From: a virus
Lineage: Duplodnaviria > Caudoviricetes
DNA: 64,000 nucleotides
Strand: one strand, 5' to 3'
IMG/VR virus record: IMGVR_UViG_3300028591_000070
Location: 1 to 64,000 of that record
Shown here: piece by piece, positions 45,951 through 55,524 of the stretch
Layout of the letters: each line of letters starts with the position of its first letter
Position numbering within the stretch: the stretch's first letter is position 1
The notes under the pieces: model-generated
The model's input: the letters and a program-made list of their open reading frames with translations, nothing else
What the model was told of the DNA's origin: nothing
Databases searched by the model: none
Made by a program: the position numbers and the translations under genes

Positions 45951-46808
45951 ATGGCTATTATTTTCGAAAAAACAAAATATGATGTTTCTGGTTTAAATCT
46001 TCCAGATGTTTGTCCAGTTTGTGGTGGTGACATTCTTGTTAAAGATAATGGCCAGGTGCGATGTGCTAATCCTAAATGTGCAGGAGTTGCTCATCACTTA
46101 AATATGTATTTCTTTAATCAGCTTGAAATCAAAGGTGCTGGAGATGCTTTTATTGCGAATGCTTCTAAAGAATGGCGCTCTGTATCAGATATTCTTTATG
46201 CTTGGAAATCACGAAATCGTTCAGATAAATTCTGTGAGTTTGCAGGTGGTGTGAATGGCGATAAAGTTCTCAAAGAAATGGATAATAAACTTAAAAAGCC
46301 AACCTCAATGAGTGCTTTCCTCAATCTTTTTGATTTTGATGGATTTGGTTTTAAGAAAATTCAGCTTCTTGAAGATACAAAAGCTTTTGAAAATGCTTAT
46401 AATGGTGATTTTGACCTTCTTTTTGAAAAGCCAATTACAGACGAAATTAAAGGTTTAAGTCAGGACTCACTTAATGAGTTTTATGAACAGGTTCTCGACC
46501 ATACTCAAGATATTCTTGAAAGCTATGCTCTTTTGAAAGACTATATTAAAAAAGAACAGAAAGTTGAAGGTGGTAAATTCGCTGGTATGAACTTCTGCTT
46601 TACAGGCGCTTGTGAATGTGGTTGGAAACGTAAGGATTGTGAAGCAAAAGTTGCTGAATTAGGTGGTAAAGTTACTGCTGTAAATAAAGATTTGACATAT
46701 CTCGTAACAGATGATGTCGACTCGGGTTCAGCTAAAGCTAAGAAAGCTAAAGAACTTGGAAGTAAAGTTATTACCTCATTCGAGTTCAAGAAGATGTGTG
46801 AGGAATAA
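45951..46808 (+). CDS. C-terminal half of NAD-dependent DNA ligase (Zn finger, HhH, BRCT); no adenylation domain
   Basis: PDVCPVCG...RCANPKC, IKGAG and FDGFG HhH loops, BRCT FCFTG...LGGK...YLV...KAKKAKELG. Confidence 0.85.
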   Translation: MAIIFEKTKYDVSGLNLPDVCPVCGGDILVKDNGQVRCANPKCAGVAHHLNMYFFNQLEIKGAGDAFIANASKEWRSVSDILYAWKSRNRSDKFCEFAGGVNGDKVLKEMDNKLKKPTSMSAFLNLFDFDGFGFKKIQLLEDTKAFENAYNGDFDLLFEKPITDEIKGLSQDSLNEFYEQVLDHTQDILESYALLKDYIKKEQKVEGGKFAGMNFCFTGACECGWKRKDCEAKVAELGGKVTAVNKDLTYLVTDDVDSGSAKAKKAKELGSKVITSFEFKKMCEE

Positions 46809-46809
46809 A

Positions 46810-47082
46810 ATGAGTAATAAATTACCACCAGTTATGAAGAAAGGTTGTTGGGAAAGTGGTCCTAAAAACTTTGGCAGTTTTGAATTCAAAGGTGAAATAA
46901 TCACAATTGATACTGAAGAGAAGTATCTGCATTGGGATAAGAAACTTGATATTAATGGTGATGACCCAGATATTCAGGAAATGCTTGATACTAATGACCC
47001 CAACTTTGGAAAATTGTGGAAAGCTATGGAAGCCTTTTTATTTATAACCCATAGAATTGATATTCATCATTGGGATAAGTAA
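46810..47082 (+). CDS. hypothetical protein
   Basis: Start moved to MSNKLP at 46810 (GAGG SD). Confidence 0.65.
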   Translation: MSNKLPPVMKKGCWESGPKNFGSFEFKGEIITIDTEEKYLHWDKKLDINGDDPDIQEMLDTNDPNFGKLWKAMEAFLFITHRIDIHHWDK

Positions 47083-47092
47083 GGAGATTATT

Positions 47093-47230
47093 ATGTCAAA
47101 AGAACAGTTGGAAGAATATTTATCAAATTTAAATTTGAATTATTATAACGAAGAAGAACTTCAGAAAATCTATGATGCAGTAAAATCAACTGTAGACCAA
47201 ATTGAAGAAAATATTGGTCGTGAGGCATAA
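47093..47230 (+). CDS. 45-aa hypothetical protein absent from the ORF track
   Basis: AAGGAG SD; MSKEQLEEYLSNLN...IGREA; fills the gap exactly, next ATG at 47232. Confidence 0.7.
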   Translation: MSKEQLEEYLSNLNLNYYNEEELQKIYDAVKSTVDQIEENIGREA

Positions 47231-47231
47231 T

Positions 47232-47678
47232 ATGGACGAAGCTTTAAAGAAGTTTAAGCAAGAAGTACAGTCTGCCGAAATGAATGTAGATGACAGAGCT
47301 GCGTCTACTTACCATATTGTTCGTGAAATGGCTCGATATCTTATTGCTAAAGAAGAACAAGTTATGAAATCATCAATAGATGAATTTTTTATTGGGGATA
47401 AAAGTCCTGCTACAAAATCAGCTTATGCTGAACAACTTGCTAAAGATTGTTTATCCGAAGTAAAAGATTGGTTGGCTGTTCCTAATAAAGAAACAAGAGA
47501 TTTGGCCTATGAACCTATTGAAGATTTAATTTATAAGTTACAAGATGGTATAAAGAAATCTCTGATTGATAAACTTACTGAGAATATTCAATACTCTACA
47601 TCGCCTTCTTGCACAAAGGGAATGGAACTTTTTATTAAGAGTATTGAAGACTGGAGTATTGATGATATTGAAGACTAA
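47232..47678 (+). CDS. hypothetical protein
   Basis: Start moved to MDEALK (GAGG SD). Confidence 0.65.
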   Translation: MDEALKKFKQEVQSAEMNVDDRAASTYHIVREMARYLIAKEEQVMKSSIDEFFIGDKSPATKSAYAEQLAKDCLSEVKDWLAVPNKETRDLAYEPIEDLIYKLQDGIKKSLIDKLTENIQYSTSPSCTKGMELFIKSIEDWSIDDIED

Positions 47679-47952
47679 AAAGCAGCGATTAAGAGAATGG
47701 CTCCAAAATTATGCAAATGAACATAGATGTTATGTTTGTATAAACTCAGATTATTCGCCTTGTGTAATTGCAATAAAAGGGAATCCTATTCGTAGATATG
47801 ACGAAGAAGATGGTTATTGGTATTGGACTTATCATGGTAAAGGTAAGTCTAAGTGGCTTGATGATGAAATTCCTGAAAAGTTAAAATGGACAAGATTTGA
47901 CCTTATGGAAGGAAAAGGAATTATATTTAATCCGGAGAAGAAAAATGTTTGA
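47662..47952 (+). CDS. hypothetical protein
   Basis: Start moved to MILKTK (GGAG SD); overlapping gene run. Confidence 0.6.
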   Translation: MILKTKKQRLREWLQNYANEHRCYVCINSDYSPCVIAIKGNPIRRYDEEDGYWYWTYHGKGKSKWLDDEIPEKLKWTRFDLMEGKGIIFNPEKKNV

Positions 47953-48250
47953 TGAAGAAAAAATATTTAGAGAACATTTTCCAGAATACACTTGTGGTAA
48001 AGAACCTTTAAGTCCTTATTGGGATTTATTTCAAGAAGGTGTTTGCTGTGGATATGATAAAGCAAAAGAATGGCATAATATAGAAGATGAACCTCCTCCA
48101 GTTGGAGAAACGGTATTGGTTTATTATGGTATAGATGCTTTAGGCATGGCTGTTTTAGCAACAGCTACTGTGGATTGTCATGGTGTTTGGTACAGTAATG
48201 TAAATGAAACACCTCTTAAGTGGCAAAGTATAAATTTGCCAAAGGATTAA
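47945..48250 (+). CDS. DUF551-like phage protein
   Basis: EWHNIEDEPP...VLV...W...KWQSINLP; start moved to MFDEEK. Confidence 0.6.
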   Translation: MFDEEKIFREHFPEYTCGKEPLSPYWDLFQEGVCCGYDKAKEWHNIEDEPPPVGETVLVYYGIDALGMAVLATATVDCHGVWYSNVNETPLKWQSINLPKD

Positions 48251-48253
48251 ATT

Positions 48254-48790
48254 ATGGCATTGTTTAAAAAGATATTTGATTTAGACCCCACAGAGGTTGA
48301 AAAGTTTATTACAAAAATATATAAAGCCCAGTGGACACAGTATGGTCTTTCTTTTCCAGAAGACATGGAAGTAAAAATTCATTGGTATGTCCCTTATAAT
48401 GAGTTTTATGTTTATACTGAACCTAAACTTGAAACAGAAGATTACAAAAAATATTCTTTCCGTGGTAAGAGAGTAAATCTTTCTAAATATTTTGATTTAA
48501 CCTTTAATAGTCATTCTCATTATGATTTTTCTCAGATTTATGGAATGATAACTGGTGAGACAACCTTTAATGGTGAAGTAGGTATATGGCCTGATCCAGA
48601 ACATCCTATAGATTATGATAGAATTTTAGCATTTTATTATCACAAAGAATATACTCAAGTTTGTCATAAGACTGATGGTACTTGGTATATTTCTGATTGG
48701 GATGATGTGACTGATAAAGAAGTTAGAAAGCCAGTTCCAGCTAATTTGATGGCTGAAGTTTTGAAGGTAGTAGGCAATGATAGAAACTAA
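48254..48790 (+). CDS. hypothetical protein
   Basis: 178 aa ORF in a tightly packed run. Confidence 0.7.
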   Translation: MALFKKIFDLDPTEVEKFITKIYKAQWTQYGLSFPEDMEVKIHWYVPYNEFYVYTEPKLETEDYKKYSFRGKRVNLSKYFDLTFNSHSHYDFSQIYGMITGETTFNGEVGIWPDPEHPIDYDRILAFYYHKEYTQVCHKTDGTWYISDWDDVTDKEVRKPVPANLMAEVLKVVGNDRN

Positions 48791-49025
48791 AGTTTTTTGT
48801 GATAAGTGCAAAAAAGAAATAAAGTGTATTCCTCCAGGACCTGATGGCTCAGTTCTTAAATTAGAAGGTGAGAAGCAGATTCAAATAATAAATGGCCCTC
48901 ATAATATGTCTTTTCCAAGAGAACGTACACTCTTTGATGATAGTCCTTATCCTACAGAAATTATGCTTTGCCATGATTGTAGCTTATTATTTAAAAAATA
49001 TATGGATGCTTTTTGGAAAAAATAA
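48777..49025 (+). CDS. small zinc-finger phage protein
   Basis: FCDKCKKEI...LCHDC. Confidence 0.65.
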   Translation: MIETKVFCDKCKKEIKCIPPGPDGSVLKLEGEKQIQIINGPHNMSFPRERTLFDDSPYPTEIMLCHDCSLLFKKYMDAFWKK

Positions 49026-49041
49026 TAGTTAATATTATTAA

Positions 49042-50619
49042 ATGGAAAAATCTTTTCAAGAGATTGACATTGAAAAAGCAATAAACCAATCTAGTTTTTT
49101 ATTCAAATATGATACGGGCCTAGGAAAGTCTTATGTTCTCTCAGGCTGTTTAGCCCATTTAAGATATTTTAATGAATGTTGGAAAGCTTTAGTATTAACC
49201 TCATCAATTGGTATTATGAATCTTAATGGGGAAATTCAAAAGTTTGTAGCCCAATATGATCCCTCTAGAACATTAGTTATTTCTTCTATTACTGAACTTA
49301 AAGACCGTTTAGTTTTTTCAAATGATAATTGGGATGTTATTATCTGTGGATATTCAACATTTAAGAGTATAAATGACGCCTATAAAAAAGCTCTAAAAGT
49401 TAAAGCTAAAAATAAATTTTGTATTCCATTGAAAGGATGGTTTGGCGATTATCATGGACTCTTATTAGCAGATGAATGCCACTTAATTGGAAACCCATCT
49501 TCTGAGAAAGCTAAAAACTTTTTTAATTCACTTCCTTGTTTTGATTATAGATATTTATTTTCTGCTACACCTTGGGATAAAAAAGAAAAAGCATATCCTA
49601 TATTAAAAACTCTTGATGAAGGTCTTGTTAAAGGATTAAATTATACTGAATGGCTTTCAACTTTTTGTGAGTTGGGTACAAGATTTTCTCCTTATGCTCC
49701 AAATATTGATACTTGGGATATGGGAAAATGGGCTAGACTTCAAAATATTTTAGCTGACACTTATGTTGCTGTTCGTGAAAAATCATTATTAAACTTACCA
49801 CCTGCTATTGATATGGATTTAATTACAGTTGATATGTCTCCAATCCATAGAGAGATTTATGAATTGTTTAGTAATATCAATGCTAAAATTATTGCTCAAG
49901 ATAAAAGTAAAGACCAATCGCTAGTTGATAAACTCATCAACACTTTCCAGATTTTACAGCTTGTTGTAGATAATCCTTATTTGATAAAAAACAATGAGAA
50001 AATCAGAAACAGAATGGAAGAGTTTGAGCTTTATGATGACGTTGCTAAATTAGACCAACTTGTTGCTAAGTTTGATTATACAAGAGATTTTACAAAATTA
50101 AAGTGTTTGGATAACATTCTCCAATATGAGTGTGATGAAATGGAAAATAAAGTTTTAGTTTTCTATTTTCACCCTCTTACTTTAGAAGAATTAAAAAAGA
50201 AATATCCAAATGCTTATGTTGTTTCTAGAGATGTTCCAGAGGACCAGAGATTTCAGATCATTGAGAAGTTTAAGAAGGATCCTAAAGAAAAAGTATTGAT
50301 TGCTTCTATTATGATTGCGAATACGTCATTTACTCTAACAGAATGTAAAGCTGAGATTTTTTATGAAAGACAATGGTCTGGAATTGTTCATGAACAAGCA
50401 AGAGGAAGAATTCATCGTATTGGTTCTACTGAAGAAGTTCGTTACTATAACTTGTGTTTTAATAATTCAATTGATAATATTCAGCTTGAAACCTTAAAAA
50501 CTAAAGGTGATACTATGAAAGGCCTTGGAAAGAAAACGCATCTTACTAGTGATGAATGGCGTTTAATTTTTGGTGGGTCTATTGATGATCAGAATGCATT
50601 TTTACAAAAATTGAGTTAA
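49042..50619 (+). CDS. SNF2-like (SF2) helicase
   Basis: DTGLGKS, ADECH, SATP, QARGRIHRIG. Confidence 0.9.
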   Translation: MEKSFQEIDIEKAINQSSFLFKYDTGLGKSYVLSGCLAHLRYFNECWKALVLTSSIGIMNLNGEIQKFVAQYDPSRTLVISSITELKDRLVFSNDNWDVIICGYSTFKSINDAYKKALKVKAKNKFCIPLKGWFGDYHGLLLADECHLIGNPSSEKAKNFFNSLPCFDYRYLFSATPWDKKEKAYPILKTLDEGLVKGLNYTEWLSTFCELGTRFSPYAPNIDTWDMGKWARLQNILADTYVAVREKSLLNLPPAIDMDLITVDMSPIHREIYELFSNINAKIIAQDKSKDQSLVDKLINTFQILQLVVDNPYLIKNNEKIRNRMEEFELYDDVAKLDQLVAKFDYTRDFTKLKCLDNILQYECDEMENKVLVFYFHPLTLEELKKKYPNAYVVSRDVPEDQRFQIIEKFKKDPKEKVLIASIMIANTSFTLTECKAEIFYERQWSGIVHEQARGRIHRIGSTEEVRYYNLCFNNSIDNIQLETLKTKGDTMKGLGKKTHLTSDEWRLIFGGSIDDQNAFLQKLS

Positions 50620-50640
50620 TATTTTTACTAAGGTATTTAT

Positions 50641-51999
50641 ATGGATTTAAGTTTTAAATTACCCAGCCAGTTCGACTGGGTTGATTTGTCTAATGATGAA
50701 TTTAATGCTGCGCTTGAAGCAACAATTAAGACAAATGATAACCTCTTTATTCAAAGTAGAGCTGGTTGTGGAAAATCTTTGATTATTAAAATCGCATGTC
50801 AAATGCTTAAAAATGTGGCGGTTGTTGCTCCTACTGGTTCAGCAGCAGTCCAACTTCAAGCAGATGGAATTCCTTCTGGAACTTTGCACTCATTTTTCCA
50901 GTTACCACCTACCACTATTATAGATCAGGAAGCTATTTTTAAGCAGATGTTTAAAAAGCAGCGTGACCTCATTAAAAAATTGGATGTCATTATTATTGAT
51001 GAAGTTTCTATGATTTCTTCTCATATGTTTGATACTATCATTATGAAGTTGTCACATATTAAAAATGGTGACCTTCCGAGATTTATTTTATTTGGCGATG
51101 TTTTCCAGTTACCACCTGTTGTAAATGATAGAGATGATACAGTTTATGATTTCTATCAAAAGAATTATGATGGCAATATCATGTTCTTTAATGCAAATCT
51201 TTATGATGAAATGGGCTTCAAAGTTATTCAGATGAATCATTCATTTAGACAATCTGACCCAGTTTTCGCAGACAATATTCTAAAAATTGGATTAGGAACA
51301 GCAACACAAGAAACTTTAGATTATTTTAATCAGAAGGTAATTTCTTGGCCAGAATATGAGAAAAATCATAAAAAGTATATGTATCTTGCTTCAACTAGAA
51401 AAGAAGTAGGAACAATGAATGATATTTATCTCAAATGGGTAAAAGGAAAAGAAAAGACATTTAAGACTCAAAAGAGTCCAGGATTTCCAGACAATATTAA
51501 AGAATTTGATGAGGATATAACCTTAAAAGAAGGTGCTCAGGTTATTTTCACACAGAATAATAGAGCAGCTGGCCATGTAAATGGTTCTATCGGAATTATC
51601 ACTTCATTAGATGATATGGGAGCTGATGTAGAACTAGAAGATGGCACACATACAAGAGCTCAATATTCAAAGTTTGATATTTTTGAGCCATATATTGATG
51701 AAGCTACAGGATTGATTAAAAACAGAATTAAGGCGTGGGTGTGGTCAATCGATTGTAAAATCTGTAAGGCTATGACAATTAACAAATCACAAGGCAAGAC
51801 ATTTGAAGATGCTTATATTGCATTAGGCGGATGGATTCAACAAGGTGGTTTATATGTTGCATTATCAAGACTTACAGAACTAGATGGACTTGGTTTATCT
51901 AGACCTATTAAAATGGGAGACATGATTGTCAACAATGAGTCTAAGGAATTTTTTGCTAAGTTGGAAAAACAAAAGGCGTTGGAAGAAAATAAATCATAG
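50641..51999 (+). CDS. Pif1/RecD-like SF1B helicase
   Basis: AGCGKS, APTG, TLHSFF, IIDEVSM, GDVFQLPPV, FRQ, TINKSQG, YVALSR. Confidence 0.92.
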   Translation: MDLSFKLPSQFDWVDLSNDEFNAALEATIKTNDNLFIQSRAGCGKSLIIKIACQMLKNVAVVAPTGSAAVQLQADGIPSGTLHSFFQLPPTTIIDQEAIFKQMFKKQRDLIKKLDVIIIDEVSMISSHMFDTIIMKLSHIKNGDLPRFILFGDVFQLPPVVNDRDDTVYDFYQKNYDGNIMFFNANLYDEMGFKVIQMNHSFRQSDPVFADNILKIGLGTATQETLDYFNQKVISWPEYEKNHKKYMYLASTRKEVGTMNDIYLKWVKGKEKTFKTQKSPGFPDNIKEFDEDITLKEGAQVIFTQNNRAAGHVNGSIGIITSLDDMGADVELEDGTHTRAQYSKFDIFEPYIDEATGLIKNRIKAWVWSIDCKICKAMTINKSQGKTFEDAYIALGGWIQQGGLYVALSRLTELDGLGLSRPIKMGDMIVNNESKEFFAKLEKQKALEENKS

Positions 52000-52165
52000 A
52001 GACTCTGATATAAGCCCTAAACTCATAATTACTGGAATTGCCAGACTTTTATTATTAGGTTTATTTCTATTTGGCTTTATTTATGGCGTTAAGATTTCAA
52101 ATGAATTATTTACTGCTGGGGTTTGTATAAGTGGGATTTTGTGTGTAATAATTGAGATGCATTAA
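51926..52165 (+). CDS. small two-TM membrane protein (start uncertain)
   Basis: Two hydrophobic segments; fills the gap before a terminator. Confidence 0.4.
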   Translation: MSTMSLRNFLLSWKNKRRWKKINHRDSDISPKLIITGIARLLLLGLFLFGFIYGVKISNELFTAGVCISGILCVIIEMH

Positions 52166-52192
52166 AAAAGAGGAGCTTAAAGCTCCTCTTTT
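52166..52192. terminator. bidirectional terminator
   Basis: AAAAGAGGAGCT-TAA-AGCTCCTCTTTT. Confidence 0.85.
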
Positions 52193-52200
52193 ATTTATTA

Positions 52201-54912
52201 CTACTCTTCGTAAATCTTGTGGTGGATAACTAATTCAACACCTTCAGAAAGTGGAGTAACAATAACTGTTACCTTAATTACGAAAAGACCTTGCTGTTTT
52301 GTAATCTTTGTATTTACACCAGCAATATCAATTTCGCACTTATGCCAGTACTTATTCTTCATATCTGTACGTTTAGCACAAATAGATTCAGTCTGACCTT
52401 GACGGATTCCAATGTAGTAATCATTGATAGGCTTCATAATCTGTGGAATCATTACATTGTCTCTGATTTCACGTTTTACAATTACGAAAGACATCGCATA
52501 ATTCAAATAAGACCAATCTGAAAGGAAGTTTGGATCCTGAACAGTCTTATTAGAAGTAATCATGATACCTTCTTCACCATTCTGAACAATAGGGTTGATA
52601 CCAATCTTGTCTAAGTGTTCATTTGCTTTCTGGTCAAATGCATAGCGAGCTTTATTTGATGTAAAGTCTGTCAACTGTCCACCAATACCACTCTCATTCT
52701 GCCAAGCACAAGGAACAAGACCATACATTCTGTCCATAGAACGTGCAAGCATCTTACCTACTGAACCGATTGGCTTTCTCCAGTATTTCTTAGCTGTAAT
52801 TGCATCTTTTACCTCAAACTCACCAGCGAACTGAGCATTTGAAGCTCCATTGATACGACCATTTACAACAACTTTATTAGCAATCTGTTCTGTAATAATA
52901 CCTTTCTCATTAGGAGTAAGAAGTTTAGGAGAGATAACAGTAGCAAATTCCTGAGCTCTGTTGATATCTGCTAATGCATCTTTTAATTCTTCACGACCTG
53001 TAGGTTCCATGAAAATCCATGCATCATCATAAATATCCATCTTAGCTTCTTCAAGAGCTTCCTTCATAATAGGAAGATATGAAGCATCCCAATCGCCACC
53101 CAACTTACCTAATTTAAGGTTTTTCTCCATAATAAGAGAAATATAACGGTCACCTTCGATAGTAAATACTTTCTTAGAAGGAGCTGAACCATCACCATCT
53201 ACATCAAATGGGTCAATTACACGATTGTATCTCCAGAATCCATTCTCATCTAAGTCACCAGTACCATCACCGAACTTCTTAACAACACGTACTTCAATAA
53301 ATGAAGCATCATTATCTTGAAGAATATCTTCGAGATAGTTTTCATTACCGTAAGAATTTACACCTGCAGGGTCCAAAGAACCAATGAATTCACCACCTGA
53401 AGTAGTTTTTCCTATATAAACTTCCTCTGAACATGTAATATCAATCTGGTTGAAGTTTGGATTTGTAAGAGCACCTGTACCATTTGCAACTGCAACTTCA
53501 TAAGCAGCTTTACCATCTGTAGAACCATAAAGGTCGATAAGTTCTTCCTCTGTATTCAATCTGATAAATGTGCTATCACCATCAATCTTGTAGATTTTAT
53601 GGAATAAGTTTGCGGCTTTTTCACCAACAATTGCATTCTGGAATGTAACGATTCTTGTTGAAAGGTCATCTGTTAATTCATAGAAGATTTCAGATGGGTC
53701 ATCATCATTGATGATACCAATATGCTGTGGCAATTTTTCTTCATCTTCTGGATCATAGAATACAACATACTTTGAGTTCTCAAGCTTATTGTTGATAACT
53801 GCTTTATCTGTTTCTGAAGCACTATCAGGAATCTTAACAAAGAGTTTTCCTTCTTCTTCAAATCTGTCTGTATCATATGGAGCATAAGGAAGGATTTTCT
53901 CATAGTAATATTTATCATAACCAATTGCTTTAAGGTTGATAGTTGTCTTTGTTTCTGTAGGAGATTTCTGCATGAAGTAAGCATATACATCATCATAAAT
54001 ATCTACTTGATAAGCAAACAATCCTGTGATTCCAAAAGCAATCTGGATAATGTCATCACCATCTGAAACATAACCATTGAGCAAGAGTTTTGCAATCTTT
54101 TCAGCATCGCCTTCTACTACATTATAAGCTGTTTTACCAATCCAATCCTTAAATGGGTTGAAGTCTGGCGAATTTTTCTTTTCATCAGAATATTTGAAAC
54201 CAAAATTTGTAAGAGTTGCAGTATTTCCTGAGAAAGACCAGAAACCTTCATTATCATCCCAGTAAGTAGTGTCTGTACCAGTAGGAGCAACTTTACCATT
54301 TCTCATTGTGTCATAGTCAATTGCTGTTACATCCAAAGAAGATGGCTTCTTAAATGTAAGTGTATAATCAGCAGTTGTCTCATCATGTTTCATTGAGAAA
54401 TAACCATAACCTGGTTGATCTGCAGCTGGTGTATAGTCTGGAATTGTAGGACCTGTTAATTCGATAGTTGTTTTTTTATTCTTATAGTCTGGTGAGAAAG
54501 CACTTTCTTGTGTTGGAACTACTTTTACCTTAAAAGCTCCACCTGAAGCTTCACGTAATTCATCTTTACTTTGAACTCTATAGAACTTATAAAGACCATT
54601 ACGAGTAATATAGAAACCACCCAAATATGATGGGTATGCTGAACTTCCTCCTGGTGGTGCAGAAATATAAATTGGATATTCTGCGTTGAATGCTTTAGCT
54701 TCGAGAAGATCTGGCCAATTGGCTGAACCTACACCCATAAGGGCATCGATTGCTCCTGCATTACCAGAAGGGAAATATGTTGCGCGAGTATTTCCTTTTG
54801 GGGCACGACATGCCATCCAACCGATAAGCTGTTCATCCTGAGTTTTAATTCTAAAGGATTCATCAATATCGATAAATTTACAGCGCCAAGTTTGTCTGTT
54901 TACAAATGCCAT
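52201..54912 (-). CDS. contractile tail sheath protein
   Basis: 903 aa; C-terminal LDKIGINPIV...IMITSNKT...SYLN...FVIKVTVIVTPLSEGVELV; GGAGG SD. Confidence 0.85.
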   Translation of the reverse strand: MAFVNRQTWRCKFIDIDESFRIKTQDEQLIGWMACRAPKGNTRATYFPSGNAGAIDALMGVGSANWPDLLEAKAFNAEYPIYISAPPGGSSAYPSYLGGFYITRNGLYKFYRVQSKDELREASGGAFKVKVVPTQESAFSPDYKNKKTTIELTGPTIPDYTPAADQPGYGYFSMKHDETTADYTLTFKKPSSLDVTAIDYDTMRNGKVAPTGTDTTYWDDNEGFWSFSGNTATLTNFGFKYSDEKKNSPDFNPFKDWIGKTAYNVVEGDAEKIAKLLLNGYVSDGDDIIQIAFGITGLFAYQVDIYDDVYAYFMQKSPTETKTTINLKAIGYDKYYYEKILPYAPYDTDRFEEEGKLFVKIPDSASETDKAVINNKLENSKYVVFYDPEDEEKLPQHIGIINDDDPSEIFYELTDDLSTRIVTFQNAIVGEKAANLFHKIYKIDGDSTFIRLNTEEELIDLYGSTDGKAAYEVAVANGTGALTNPNFNQIDITCSEEVYIGKTTSGGEFIGSLDPAGVNSYGNENYLEDILQDNDASFIEVRVVKKFGDGTGDLDENGFWRYNRVIDPFDVDGDGSAPSKKVFTIEGDRYISLIMEKNLKLGKLGGDWDASYLPIMKEALEEAKMDIYDDAWIFMEPTGREELKDALADINRAQEFATVISPKLLTPNEKGIITEQIANKVVVNGRINGASNAQFAGEFEVKDAITAKKYWRKPIGSVGKMLARSMDRMYGLVPCAWQNESGIGGQLTDFTSNKARYAFDQKANEHLDKIGINPIVQNGEEGIMITSNKTVQDPNFLSDWSYLNYAMSFVIVKREIRDNVMIPQIMKPINDYYIGIRQGQTESICAKRTDMKNKYWHKCEIDIAGVNTKITKQQGLFVIKVTVIVTPLSEGVELVIHHKIYEE

Positions 54913-54964
54913 TATTTTCCTCCAAATAAATTATATTTAAAATTAGTAGTTAATTTTTTATAGA

Positions 54965-55492
54965 CTACTCTATAATACCTAATTGTCTCTGTTTAGCCTC
55001 TAATGCAGCCGCATCAATTTCGCCTATATCAATTCTCTGAATAGTTTTTATCAACTCAGACATCATTGTAAGATATTCTGGGTCTGTTAATAAAAACTTT
55101 TTAATATATTTCATTGTAATTTCAGTAGGATTAAACTTTGAAGCAATTTTTTCATAGAATTCTGGGTTTTCCATAAGTTTAGCAATCACTTCGTCTTGAT
55201 TTACAAAATTTTCAACGTCTACATAAAGCTTTCCATGTTTGTCATACTTAATTGTTTTTTCATCAATTTCAATATACTTGCTATGGAGTTTAAAATTATG
55301 TTGTATTTCATTTGTATCATGCATAGGAACAAGTTTATTTCCTAACAAGTTTGCAAATGTACAAATAACATCATTTAATTCCGAATCTGTTAGATGTTTT
55401 TTAAGATAAAACTTTTTATTTACAGGGTCCCTTTCGAAGTTACTGTCTAAGAAAGTGGCAACCATTTTATAGATTTCGTCTCTTGATACCAT
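54965..55492 (-). CDS. hypothetical protein
   Basis: 175 aa; ACTAA at -12. Confidence 0.7.
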   Translation of the reverse strand: MVSRDEIYKMVATFLDSNFERDPVNKKFYLKKHLTDSELNDVICTFANLLGNKLVPMHDTNEIQHNFKLHSKYIEIDEKTIKYDKHGKLYVDVENFVNQDEVIAKLMENPEFYEKIASKFNPTEITMKYIKKFLLTDPEYLTMMSELIKTIQRIDIGEIDAAALEAKQRQLGIIE

Positions 55493-55524
55493 GTCTAAAT
55501 TAGTCTCAAAATACTAATTAGATT

